This document shows, one piece after another, positions 6,547 to 15,240 of a stretch of 40,412 nt of DNA. A program made the translations under genes and the position numbers. Numbering within the stretch: the first letter of the stretch is position 1; each line of letters begins with the position of its first letter. The stretch comes from a virus, in IMG/VR virus record IMGVR_UViG_3300023284_000477, positions 1 through 40,412 of that record. One strand, given 5' to 3'. The notes beneath the pieces were generated by a model, which was not told where the DNA came from, searched no databases, and saw nothing but the letters and a program-made list of their open reading frames with translations.

Positions 6547-7800
6547 CTAGTCTTCAGAACTAAGACCGACGATTTCAGCAATCTGATTTGAATCGAATCC
6601 CTCAATGCCGGCAAGAATAGAAGCGGCGCGTGCTTTCCTTTCAATGACTTGTGACTTGCGAACTTCATCTTCTTGCATGACAGGCAGATGATCGTAAGTC
6701 AGTTCAAGCTTTTCACCTTTATCTAGGATAAGCCATCGCTTAGCAAGTCCTGTCGCAAAGTCTTTTGCAACCGGAATGATCGTATCCTGATAGGCAATCT
6801 TTTCACCAGCCTGAACATTGTTGAATGTGCCGCCTTTTTCACGGCTGAACATGTTATCATTTGCGCCAAGCATATCAATTATTCGTTTCATGTTGGCGTC
6901 AAGTTGTTCCAGCAACAGCAGATCCTTTGTAGGAAATGTCGCCGGCGTGAACTTCATCGCCTTGTTTGATACCGCAACACTGGCTTGTCTGTCGCCGATT
7001 CCGTATGTCTCAAGTAGCTGTTTGGACATTTTCAATTCTTCATCTGGCGTCAATTGGATAGATCCGATATTGTCTTTTGCGTCTGTTGACCAGACACCAA
7101 GACCGCCCCTTTTTGCAAGTATAAGATTTAGATAACCATACGCAGCGCGAATGTTTGAGATTGGCATTCGTAAAGCTTCGAGTGGTGAAGTACCGATTAA
7201 CGGATCATCAACGTCTGGCATACTAAATTGAATGATTTCGTCAGTGTCAAACGTTTCATTCTGCTTGCCTTCACGGTCAAGCTTCAATATATATCCTGAA
7301 ATGATTTCATCAATTTCAGTCGCATTCCAAATTTTGCCCGTCCTTTTGATAGCCATCCTTGACGGCGGCAAATTCCATAAAGAAGTGGGCACTTCTTGCA
7401 GCGATGTTCCTAGTAATTGCCGGACATATACATTCGCGTAAACGGATCGTTGAACGAACCATTGAAACAAAAATTCATTCCTTGACTGGAATACATTTGG
7501 ATCTTCGAGCAGTTTAATAAATTCAGAATTTTCAATCGGTTCACCATTTTTGTCAAGATGCGCCCAAATCCCGTTAGAAAACATAAGCGAAAGCCTATCG
7601 ATGACAAGCTTTAGTTCAGGCGTGGTCAAATAAATTTCACGTTCTTGACCAGTGATTGTTGTCCACTGTGTTTTACGATTAAAGTCAAGCGGCATTCTTA
7701 AAAAACGGGGCTGCGATGTGTAGCGATCATTGTGTGATCTGCCTGAAATTAATGAACCCAAAAGTGTGTTTGAAAAGTAGTTGCCGAATTCGTGTGACAT
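6547..7800 (-). CDS. Portal protein (HK97-family-like), inverted relative to the surrounding packaging and head genes
   Basis: About 417 aa. The sequence reads as portal-like, for example GTSPLEALRMPISNIRAAYGYLNLILAKRGGLGVWS and the acidic C-terminus. The start is taken at M13 (MSHEFGNYF, ATG at 7800) rather than the track start 7836. Confidence 0.75.
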   Translation of the reverse strand: MSHEFGNYFSNTLLGSLISGRSHNDRYTSQPRFLRMPLDFNRKTQWTTITGQEREIYLTTPELKLVIDRLSLMFSNGIWAHLDKNGEPIENSEFIKLLEDPNVFQSRNEFLFQWFVQRSVYANVYVRQLLGTSLQEVPTSLWNLPPSRMAIKRTGKIWNATEIDEIISGYILKLDREGKQNETFDTDEIIQFSMPDVDDPLIGTSPLEALRMPISNIRAAYGYLNLILAKRGGLGVWSTDAKDNIGSIQLTPDEELKMSKQLLETYGIGDRQASVAVSNKAMKFTPATFPTKDLLLLEQLDANMKRIIDMLGANDNMFSREKGGTFNNVQAGEKIAYQDTIIPVAKDFATGLAKRWLILDKGEKLELTYDHLPVMQEDEVRKSQVIERKARAASILAGIEGFDSNQIAEIVGLSSED

Positions 7801-7808
7801 AGAAATAT

Positions 7809-7823
7809 TTTTAACAAATATAG
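7809..7823 (+). promoter_or_regulatory. Candidate promoter-like box TTTTAACAAATATAG in the portal/protease divergent region
   Basis: Matches the 276-289 box with one inserted A. It lies upstream of 7866/7960. Confidence 0.25.
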
Positions 7824-7865
7824 GACAATCGAACAAAAATTAATAAGTTTGTTGAAATTATACTT

Positions 7866-7973
7866 ATGTCTAAGAAGGGGAAAGTCGATTTAGAAAAGCT
7901 TGCTTTATCTAAAAAAGCAAAGGAAAAAGCACTTTCCAGTGATCAGAAAATTGACAAGAATGAAAAAAATTGA
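7866..7973 (+). CDS. Possible small Lys-rich ORF (35 aa)
   Basis: Manual translation gives MSKKGKVDLEKLALSKKAKEKALSSDQKIDKNEKN*. It fills the gap before the protease ATG. Coding status is uncertain. Confidence 0.3.
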   Translation: MSKKGKVDLEKLALSKKAKEKALSSDQKIDKNEKN

Positions 7974-8781
7974 GATACCAAAATTTGATGACAAGGACGA
8001 ATTGTTCGACTTCTTAGCGAAGAATGAAAGTGCTTTGATTGCTGAAAAAAAGCACAATGTCAAAGAGGCTGATCCACACTATATAATTTTACCAGGGACA
8101 AAAGATGCTGCTGATAAGGCGTCAACAACTGCCGCGCTTTTAGCGTCTAGTTCAATGCAAGTCAAGGTTGTGATCAATACGACAAACATTATGGATTCAC
8201 ATTCTGACGTTCATATCCCTGGACTATGGAAAAAGTCTATCAGAGACAACGGCGGAAGATTTAATCTGTTGCAAGAACACATAATGAAATTTGATCATAT
8301 CATATCAGACCCAGATCAAGTTAAAGCCTTCACTGAAATGTTAGCATGGAAGGCTCTTGGATTTGGAAAGTTCAAAGGCGATACTGAAGCGCTCATATTT
8401 GATGCGCTAATTGAAAAGTCTAGGAACGAATTCATGTTCAATCAGTATGCACAGGGCTTTGTCAAGAATCATTCTGTCGGAATGAGATATGTCAAACTGT
8501 TCCTTGCGATGAATAGTGAAAGCGTTGAACACTCAGCCAGAAAAGAAGTCTGGGATAAATTCATCGACGTGATCGTGAACAAAAAAGATGCAGAGAATCA
8601 GGGCTTCTTCTGGGCTGTAACTCAGGCGAAGATTGCTGAAGGATCTGCTGTTGTTAAAGGAAGTAATATCGTGACACCGACCATGTCGATGGAAGCGAAA
8701 TCACATAGTGCGCCGCCGAAAGGCACTCACGAAAATAACGGGCGCGAGCCGTCGAAAGACACCCGCAAAGCCTTATTGTAA
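7960..8781 (+). CDS. Prohead serine protease (HK97/S78-like)
   Basis: The track start 7900 is TTG; the ATG at 7960 gives MKKIEIPKFDD. Motifs are MDSHSDVHIPGLW, KNHSVGMRYV and AEGSAVVKGSNIVTP. It sits directly upstream of the capsid gene. Confidence 0.75.
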   Translation: MKKIEIPKFDDKDELFDFLAKNESALIAEKKHNVKEADPHYIILPGTKDAADKASTTAALLASSSMQVKVVINTTNIMDSHSDVHIPGLWKKSIRDNGGRFNLLQEHIMKFDHIISDPDQVKAFTEMLAWKALGFGKFKGDTEALIFDALIEKSRNEFMFNQYAQGFVKNHSVGMRYVKLFLAMNSESVEHSARKEVWDKFIDVIVNKKDAENQGFFWAVTQAKIAEGSAVVKGSNIVTPTMSMEAKSHSAPPKGTHENNGREPSKDTRKALL

Positions 8782-8834
8782 AATTTATTTATTAACAGTA
8801 CAGGGTTAAGAAGGTCCTGTCAAAAACATTTATT

Positions 8835-10322
8835 ATGAAAAAGATATTCAAATTATCTAAAGCCGTCGGAATTCTCTGCATGGTTTTCTTGCTTGTTGCC
8901 TCTACCGGCAATATTGATATGGCTTATGCTGCGACTGGCGGTGTTGTTGTGTTTAGCGTATTAGCGCACTTCAGCCCTGCACACAAAGGAGTGGCTTTCG
9001 ATGGCGCGATTGTTATTCCTGACTTTACTGAAAAGTCACTTGAAGATCAAGAAGAAATGACATTCGCAGAACTGAAGGAGTACCGAATGAAAGAAAATGA
9101 TTTTATTTCAAAAACATTGGAAAAACGGCTTCAAGATCAGCTTGATGAAATTAATGAAGGTCGCGAAGAAGGAAAAGATATGTCTGCTGAAATTGAGGCT
9201 ATCGAAACCAAGATGACCAAGATGATTGATGAAGTCAATAAGCACGGCTTACTGATGAAGAAAATTTCTGAAAAAGGATTTTCACACGGGCCTAATGAGG
9301 TTAAAACTATTAAAGGCGCATTGATAGAACGCAAAGATGAATTGGACAAATTCATCGAAGCTAAAGGCGGTACGTTCGAAATGGAAGTTGATATATCAAA
9401 AGCTTCTCAATCTGCTGCTGATATTGATGCTGGAACTGACTTCGCTCAGATCATACCTGGTGTTGGGCAAATCGCAAGAAAGAAAATCTATATCAAGGAA
9501 AGAATCAGAATTGTTCCTACTAACACGGAATTTATCAAATTTCTTGATCAAGAAACTGTTGTTCGTGACGCGAAGAATGTTGCCGGTTGTGCAGTATCAA
9601 CTTCGACTACTAAATTGACTTGGAAAACAAGAACGCTTCAACAACAAAAAATTCGTGACTTCATCGATGTATGTATTGACATGCTTGAAGACTATGACTT
9701 CGTTGAAGCTGAGATCAGAAACTTGATTGAAAGTTCTGTTCAGTTGAAAATTGACAATGACCTTCTTCTTGCTGACGGTATTGCGCCGAATCCGAATTCA
9801 ATTGATTCTGTATCTGCTACATTTGCTGCTGGCGATTATGCTTTGCTTGTGCCTACGCCGACTATCATTGATTTGATTGTTGTTGTCTCTGCTCAGATCA
9901 AAGCTAACGGTCAGGAGAACTTCTGGAATGCTGACACATGTTATATCAATCCTGTCAATCTGACGTTGTTGAAACTATTGAAAGACAACGAAGAAAATTA
10001 TATCAAAGGAAATTCAATTTCGCCTTCGATCATAATGGATAGAGCTGGAAACATAGTTGTTGACGGAATGGTTGATTTGATTCCAAATCCAAATGTTGTG
10101 ACTAATCAAATGTATGTGTTTGATTCAACACAGGCTGCAATCTATCAAAGAAAAACTGCTGTGATCGAAATGTCTTTTGAAAACAAAAGTAACTTCGAAA
10201 CAGAAACTGTGACTGTGAAAGCTTACGAACGATTAAATCTTTTAGTAAGAAATGTGAATGCGAATGCTTTCATTCATGTTCCAAACATCACGACCGCAAT
10301 TGCTGCTATTACAAAACCGTAG
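8835..10322 (+). CDS. Major capsid protein (HK97 fold) with a coiled-coil delta-like region and an unusual hydrophobic N-terminal extension
   Basis: Phage-capsid-family-like core, for example KIRDFIDVCIDMLEDYDFVEAEIRNLIESSVQLKIDNDLLLADG. Residues 75-190 are charged and coiled-coil. Residues 1-32 look like a signal peptide. An alternative ATG lies at 9057. Confidence 0.85.
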   Translation: MKKIFKLSKAVGILCMVFLLVASTGNIDMAYAATGGVVVFSVLAHFSPAHKGVAFDGAIVIPDFTEKSLEDQEEMTFAELKEYRMKENDFISKTLEKRLQDQLDEINEGREEGKDMSAEIEAIETKMTKMIDEVNKHGLLMKKISEKGFSHGPNEVKTIKGALIERKDELDKFIEAKGGTFEMEVDISKASQSAADIDAGTDFAQIIPGVGQIARKKIYIKERIRIVPTNTEFIKFLDQETVVRDAKNVAGCAVSTSTTKLTWKTRTLQQQKIRDFIDVCIDMLEDYDFVEAEIRNLIESSVQLKIDNDLLLADGIAPNPNSIDSVSATFAAGDYALLVPTPTIIDLIVVVSAQIKANGQENFWNADTCYINPVNLTLLKLLKDNEENYIKGNSISPSIIMDRAGNIVVDGMVDLIPNPNVVTNQMYVFDSTQAAIYQRKTAVIEMSFENKSNFETETVTVKAYERLNLLVRNVNANAFIHVPNITTAIAAITKP

Positions 10323-10345
10323 GTAGTTTTTGGTTAGTTAACCTT

Positions 10346-10372
10346 GCCGCACTCTTAACGGGGTGCGGCTTT
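10346..10372 (+). terminator. Stem-loop after the capsid gene (gccgcac/gtgcggc + TTT)
   Basis: 7-bp GC-rich stem at 10346-10352 / 10363-10369 followed by a short T run. Confidence 0.45.
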
Positions 10373-10403
10373 GGCGGTAAAAACAATTAAATAAAAAAAT
10401 ATT

Positions 10404-10802
10404 ATGAAACTATTCAAGGGTAAAACAGATGCCGAAAAATTGGAAGATGCTTCTGCTAAAATTGAGGCCGCAGAAGCCGCGCAATTGGAAGCCGAAACCA
10501 AAGCTGAAGCTGCTGAGTCGAAAGTTGTAGATTCTGAAAAAAAATTAACCGATGCAAATGTTGTGATTGAAAAGTCGCAAAAAGAATTGGATACAATTGC
10601 TGAAGCGAAAGCTGAAGCTGCCGTTGAAATTAAACCGGCTGGAAATTCCGCTCAAGAATCGGTGAAGCTAGCAAAAGCTAATCGAAAGATGGTGAAGTTT
10701 AAAGGCAACGGAAAGAACAAGGCGCTTGGAATTTCGACACATGAGGTTGAAGAATCTGAAGCGAAAATGTTCGCAAAGGTTGATTGGGGTGAAATTGTTT
10801 AA
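10404..10802 (+). CDS. Ala/Glu/Lys-rich coiled-coil head-module protein (scaffold- or decoration-like)
   Basis: 132 aa with an EAAEAAQLEAETKAEAAESK low-complexity helix. It follows the capsid gene. Confidence 0.6.
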   Translation: MKLFKGKTDAEKLEDASAKIEAAEAAQLEAETKAEAAESKVVDSEKKLTDANVVIEKSQKELDTIAEAKAEAAVEIKPAGNSAQESVKLAKANRKMVKFKGNGKNKALGISTHEVEESEAKMFAKVDWGEIV

Positions 10803-10804
10803 TA

Positions 10805-11341
10805 GTGCCTTTACCGATTACAAATATCACTGACTTCGTCGGAACGACACAGCTTCAAGAGGATGATAATACTGAAGATAAATTCAATGTCATTCGTGAC
10901 GAACGTGAGAATACTTATATATTCAAGTTGCTCGGTGCTGAACTGGGCAACTTGTTTATTGCTGATTTAGATGCAAACGGTGTTCCGCAGACGGCAAGAT
11001 TCACTGACATTTTTGAAGCCTTTGCTGAAGATGTATCGAGCGGATTTTGCTTCGAATGGATGACGATCAACGGACTAGTTGAAAGCAAAGGAATAAAACA
11101 ATATTTAATTGATACGGTTTGGTTCTATTTCGCCAGAAACAACCCAGTGCTTATAACAACCGGCGGAAACAAAATATCTGAAAGCGAGAATTCAAGCAAC
11201 AGCGCAGACGGTGCAACACTTGGAAGGATATACAACAAAGCTGTTGATACTGGGCTTGCGATTCAATGGTTCATTGAAGACAAGCCGACTATCTATCCTG
11301 AATACAACGGTCAAAAATTAAAGTACATAATCCCGAATTAA
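10805..11341 (+). CDS. Hypothetical structural protein (head-tail joining region)
   Basis: 178-aa ORF with a GTG start 2 nt after the upstream stop. The call rests on position only. Confidence 0.55.
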   Translation: MPLPITNITDFVGTTQLQEDDNTEDKFNVIRDERENTYIFKLLGAELGNLFIADLDANGVPQTARFTDIFEAFAEDVSSGFCFEWMTINGLVESKGIKQYLIDTVWFYFARNNPVLITTGGNKISESENSSNSADGATLGRIYNKAVDTGLAIQWFIEDKPTIYPEYNGQKLKYIIPN

Positions 11342-12808
11342 ATGATTAACGGATCGAAAAGCTTCATCACAATTATGACGGCGCTTGTCGAAGCGATGAC
11401 GCCGATCGTCGATATTGATTCGAATGTTGCTGAAGGAAACGCATTCAGGTTGACGATGTGCCGAACTTATTGGTTGATGGTTGGTCGTACAATCGTAATC
11501 GGTGGAGAAAATTTCAAAATCACAGAAGTTGTTGAAGATGTTTCTATTCTTGTTACTGGAACTGCGCAGCCGGTCGGTGCAACATTCCAACTTGATGCCC
11601 CTGGATTCTTTCACGGATCACACAGAAAGGTTGATGCTGAGAGGAATAAGATAAAAAATGCCAAAGCGCCTTTCGTTTACTTACCAATTTTTGAACTTGA
11701 CGAAGATCATGAAGAAGATTCTGACATCGCCTATACCGCGATAATCAGACCGTTGTTCTTAGCTGCATTCAATACTAGAAGAGACACAACCAAGCTGCAA
11801 CAGCCAGAAGTCATTGAGCCGATGAATCAGATGGCAACATTCTTCAATGAGCTTGTTGACAACCAGGATCAGATATTCAACGAACCTGAATCGATCAGGC
11901 GTGTTGAATGGATGAATTTTGGAAATAAAGTTATCTGGGGAAATGACGAATTAATATTCGATCAGCACTTATCCGGCGTTGAATTAAAGATGGATCTTGA
12001 AGTTCTTGATGAAGCACTTTGCCTTTGTGACGGAAAGCCTTTCAAGATTTGTGCAGACGTGACAGAAACATTCAACACTGCACCAATTAGTTCAATTGAG
12101 CAGGGCGGAACTAAAGCAATTATTGTTCAGACTGATGACGCGATACCCCTTCAAACGGGTACAATTAAAGTTGATACACCTTCGCAATTAATAATTGAGG
12201 TGGTAGTCGGCGCTGGCGCTTTGAATGTGAAGATGCTGACAGGACAGGAAGCCAAGTTTTTAGACACTGATGACGGTGATACTTTCTTGACGGGCGGTTA
12301 TGCTAATGGGCTACTTTCTGATAAGCTTACGCTGATAAACGATAATTCGTTCGGAAGCAAAAAAAGGAATACCGGTGAAGGCGGTGGCTATTTAGATGAA
12401 GCTTCAGGAGTTTTCTTTGATGTAAATGATGTGGTCACAACAAAAATACTTGCCTTTCCTAATAACAATCTGCTAGATCATCATACTAAATTAAAATGGA
12501 ATCTTCTAAGATCAGCCGCAATGGGATGGGTTCTTTTAGTTCCGTTTATAGCTGGTGCTACACAAGGCGGAGAAACCGGTTGGCGCCTTCCTAATATTTT
12601 AGAATTCGAAGGGCTTGTCAATCACGGTTCAAAAGTTCCGTCTTTTATTGATTCGAGACTTTTCAACTGGTCAACATTTAATATGTGGTCAAGCACTACA
12701 AATGATAAAAACAATTTACAGGCGTTCAGATTAAGTTCAGGAAGTGGAACAGATCTGCTGCAAGCCAAGACAGTTGCAAATGGTGGCGCGTTTGTTAAAA
12801 ACTTTTAG
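11342..12808 (+). CDS. Structural protein with a DUF1566/C-type-lectin-like C-terminal domain
   Basis: 488 aa. The C-terminal segment GWRLPNILEFEGLVNHG...WSSTTNDKNN...AF resembles the DUF1566 (Lcl C-terminal) signature. Confidence 0.6.
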   Translation: MINGSKSFITIMTALVEAMTPIVDIDSNVAEGNAFRLTMCRTYWLMVGRTIVIGGENFKITEVVEDVSILVTGTAQPVGATFQLDAPGFFHGSHRKVDAERNKIKNAKAPFVYLPIFELDEDHEEDSDIAYTAIIRPLFLAAFNTRRDTTKLQQPEVIEPMNQMATFFNELVDNQDQIFNEPESIRRVEWMNFGNKVIWGNDELIFDQHLSGVELKMDLEVLDEALCLCDGKPFKICADVTETFNTAPISSIEQGGTKAIIVQTDDAIPLQTGTIKVDTPSQLIIEVVVGAGALNVKMLTGQEAKFLDTDDGDTFLTGGYANGLLSDKLTLINDNSFGSKKRNTGEGGGYLDEASGVFFDVNDVVTTKILAFPNNNLLDHHTKLKWNLLRSAAMGWVLLVPFIAGATQGGETGWRLPNILEFEGLVNHGSKVPSFIDSRLFNWSTFNMWSSTTNDKNNLQAFRLSSGSGTDLLQAKTVANGGAFVKNF

Positions 12809-12810
12809 AT

Positions 12811-13044
12811 ATGCAATATAATATAGATGGTACAATATTTACAGATCCAACGATAAAGCTGCATGACGCGAGAACTGTATATGATGAAAACGGTGATGAA
12901 TCAGAAACTTTTGTCAGCTTCAATGTCGCTGATGCAAATGATAGTATTTCAATTGAATTAAGTGATGACAACATTCCGGCAACCCACAAAAAGCAACCTG
13001 TTATTGCTTGGGTAAATAACAGGATGAAAGAATACGAAATGTAA
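12811..13044 (+). CDS. Hypothetical protein
   Basis: 77-aa ORF, tight packing. Confidence 0.55.
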   Translation: MQYNIDGTIFTDPTIKLHDARTVYDENGDESETFVSFNVADANDSISIELSDDNIPATHKKQPVIAWVNNRMKEYEM

Positions 13045-13045
13045 A

Positions 13046-13273
13046 ATGACCGCAGAACTTGACATTATATCACACTTGATTACGGTCGCGCCGGTTGTCG
13101 CTGTGTTGGTTTGGGTTGTGATTTATTTCAGGGGTGAATTGAAAATCAAGAACAAAAGAATCGACGCGCTTAATGATGAACTTCGAGCCTCAGACAAAGA
13201 AAATATTACAATCATGAAAGACTTGAGTGTGACGTTAAAAGAATTAGTAACCGAAATAAAAATGAAATTATGA
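13046..13273 (+). CDS. Single-pass membrane protein with a coiled-coil tail
   Basis: TM segment ISHLITVAPVVAVLVWVVIYF followed by KIKNKRIDALNDELRASDKEN. Confidence 0.6.
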   Translation: MTAELDIISHLITVAPVVAVLVWVVIYFRGELKIKNKRIDALNDELRASDKENITIMKDLSVTLKELVTEIKMKL

Positions 13274-13407
13274 TGTTTAAGAAGAAACGAAAATGCAGCA
13301 ATAAGACAAGGGAAATACTTTCAGACGAAAAAAGAAAGGTCATGTCTAAAACTCGTGAATACTTGAAAGAACTTAGAGAAGCGTTCGATCAAAAACAAGT
13401 TGCTTGA
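13270..13407 (+). CDS. Small basic protein (45 aa); not in the ORF track
   Basis: Manual translation gives MMFKKKRKCSNKTREILSDEKRKVMSKTREYLKELREAFDQKQVA*. ATGA overlap with the upstream stop. Confidence 0.45.
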   Translation: MMFKKKRKCSNKTREILSDEKRKVMSKTREYLKELREAFDQKQVA

Positions 13408-13521
13408 ATTTTATATTTTGCTTAACATTAAATAATTAGTTACTTTTGAAAAAATTCCCTATTGCACACGGGGTGTCAGAATACGTGTCGCGCAAACTAA
13501 TATAAATTAAAATCAAATCTT

Positions 13522-14475
13522 ATGAGCCAATTTTTAATTGCTTGTGAATGCGCCGGTGCCCCGCTCAATCCTGGTCAACCTGGTTGCATGCCGCTAGTCG
13601 GAAGGGATAAGTTCCCGATTTTCATGGATCGAGTTGATTCATCTGGAAATTTAAACGGAATAACAGCCGGAACTGTTATCGATGAAGCTTTCGTTGTAGG
13701 AAAACTGAACGAAGCTGACGAACGTGATCGATGGACTGTTTTCCCTGAAATGAAAAATCTTGCTGCGCCGCCTGCCGAAAAAGAAACAGAGGACACTGAC
13801 GGGGTTCCTGTTCCAACCGGCGAGGAAATCAAACAACCTGTCACTTATGAACACAACAAGGAAGATGGAAATCCGGCTTTGAAAGCTGCTTATGATTCAC
13901 GTGCTTGTCGTGATATTGTTGTGATCTTTGCTACGTTCGCGGGTCAATTGAACGGAATAAATGACGGTAAAGGAAATTTGATCGGAATTAAGATTCAAGC
14001 TGGAACGCTTTCTGCGCAGTATGCGTCGCCAGTTAAAGGTGCAAACCAGAAAATGATGGTTTCTTATATTGTTGACGAATTGGAAAATGAAGCGAATCGT
14101 GATTATATCCCGATGGACAAAATTGTTTTCGCAACAAAAGATTGGTTTACCAAACAGCCTATTGAGGTTCTGACCACAGAAGTTTCAAACGCTGGTCAAA
14201 TCACAATTGTATTTAAGCTTAACAGCTTGTATGGTCAAGTTAGTCAAAAAAGTCCTACTGAAGGAATTCTTACGGCTGACATCAATGACGGTGCTTCTGG
14301 ATTTGTGTTCAACGAAACAACGCAGCTTTCTGTTGCCGAAACTTTAGTTGAAGATTCGCCTGGAAATTATACTATGTCGTTGGCACTTGCTCAGTCTGTA
14401 AATGATATTATCAAAATCGATCTTGTGAAGTCTGGCTTTCACATGGCATCGTTTAGAGTTAAATTAGTAGTCTAA
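13522..14475 (+). CDS. Putative major tail protein
   Basis: 317 aa. It is preceded by a 114-bp intergenic region and lies upstream of the chaperone-position genes and the tape measure. The call rests on position and size only. Confidence 0.5.
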   Translation: MSQFLIACECAGAPLNPGQPGCMPLVGRDKFPIFMDRVDSSGNLNGITAGTVIDEAFVVGKLNEADERDRWTVFPEMKNLAAPPAEKETEDTDGVPVPTGEEIKQPVTYEHNKEDGNPALKAAYDSRACRDIVVIFATFAGQLNGINDGKGNLIGIKIQAGTLSAQYASPVKGANQKMMVSYIVDELENEANRDYIPMDKIVFATKDWFTKQPIEVLTTEVSNAGQITIVFKLNSLYGQVSQKSPTEGILTADINDGASGFVFNETTQLSVAETLVEDSPGNYTMSLALAQSVNDIIKIDLVKSGFHMASFRVKLVV

Positions 14476-14484
14476 TTTAATTAT

Positions 14485-14703
14485 ATGAATAAAGACAAAA
14501 AAGCCAAAGTTGAAAACATGACAGTTGAAGCCAGAAAAAAAGCTGTGATGTATAATGACAAAGATAGCGGCGTGCAAATGCCTCTATCAATGATCACAAC
14601 TAAGGCAGCCTTTGAAAAAATTTGGGGTCGAAAATTTAGACAACCAAAGGATCTTGAAGAAGCTTGGAAAAAAGCTGAAAAGTTCAAAGAGAAAAACAGT
14701 TAA
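14485..14703 (+). CDS. Hypothetical protein
   Basis: 72-aa Lys-rich ORF followed by a strong terminator. Confidence 0.55.
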   Translation: MNKDKKAKVENMTVEARKKAVMYNDKDSGVQMPLSMITTKAAFEKIWGRKFRQPKDLEEAWKKAEKFKEKNS

Positions 14704-14711
14704 TTCACAAG

Positions 14712-14743
14712 CCCCTGTTGATAGTTTCTTCAGGGGTTTTTTT
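14712..14743 (+). terminator. Rho-independent terminator
   Basis: Stem cccctg (14712-14717) / cagggg (14731-14736) followed by a T7 run (14737-14743). Confidence 0.7.
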
Positions 14744-14748
14744 CTACT

Positions 14749-15240
14749 ATGTCAAATCTATTCACAAATACGCCAATAGGTCAAATGCTTCAGCGCGCAC
14801 AGAATATTCCGAAAGGACAATTCTTTGTTGACATAATGAACAATAAAGTTGTTCAAAAATTCACAGTTAAGTTGAACACGGATCAAATGAAAATTGAATT
14901 CATTAATGCCGACGGTGTTCCGCTTTCTAGTGTTGGCGGCGAATATTCAGATAGGACTATATTTGAATCTGCCAAGAAGGGACGACCCAAAAGCGGAAAG
15001 GGTGATGTCAATTTATTAGACAAAGGAGATTTCCATGATTCATTCAAAATTATGAATGTCACGGTTACCGGATTTAACATCGAATCAGATCCTGTAAAAG
15101 ATGACGGAACGAACCTTCTTGACGAGTGGGGCAAAGAAGTTGAAGGCTTGACTTTTGAGAGCCTTGACAAATTGGCTAATTTTTTGATACCTTTATATCA
15201 AGACAAACTTCTGAAATTTTTGCTAGGTGATACGGGTTAA
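14749..15240 (+). CDS. Putative tail assembly chaperone (by position)
   Basis: 163 aa, immediately upstream of the tape-measure region. Confidence 0.45.
   Translation: MSNLFTNTPIGQMLQRAQNIPKGQFFVDIMNNKVVQKFTVKLNTDQMKIEFINADGVPLSSVGGEYSDRTIFESAKKGRPKSGKGDVNLLDKGDFHDSFKIMNVTVTGFNIESDPVKDDGTNLLDEWGKEVEGLTFESLDKLANFLIPLYQDKLLKFLLGDTG

Noticed and set aside
6451-6549. In-frame 31-codon hydrophobic extension after the portal TAG stop (GTLIIIFIWGVAECGLFSIVDIIANNAYYVT*), suggesting TAG readthrough or recoding
   Set aside because: TAG also terminates other well-bounded genes (10322, 12808, 21445, 26637). No suppressor-type anticodon was found in the tRNA-like element. A 31-codon open stretch has a chance probability of roughly 0.1.
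8803-8822. Weak hairpin acagg...cctgt between the protease and capsid genes as a terminator
   Set aside because: It has only a 5-bp stem with an 11-nt loop and no T tract. Termination between the protease and capsid genes is unlikely.
12359-12365. A7 homopolymer inside the 11342-12808 gene as a programmed slippage site
   Set aside because: A7 runs are expected in an AT-rich genome. The +1 frame stops after about 12 codons, but nothing else supports regulated slippage. It is mentioned only as a check.
12540-12808. Possible diversity-generating retroelement target (CLec/DUF1566-like C-terminus)
   Set aside because: No reverse transcriptase gene was recognised in the genome. I saw no template-repeat copy of this segment downstream by eye. 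A computational repeat search would be needed for certainty.
15211-15240. Programmed frameshift joining the two chaperone-position ORFs (14749-15240 and 15227-15715)
   Set aside because: The second ORF is in the +1 frame, and that frame is closed by TAG at 15224-15226. This leaves only a 14-nt window with no X_XXY_YYZ slippery heptamer. A -1 slip at ACG_GGT enters a frame that terminates quickly. Independent GTG or ATG initiation is simpler.
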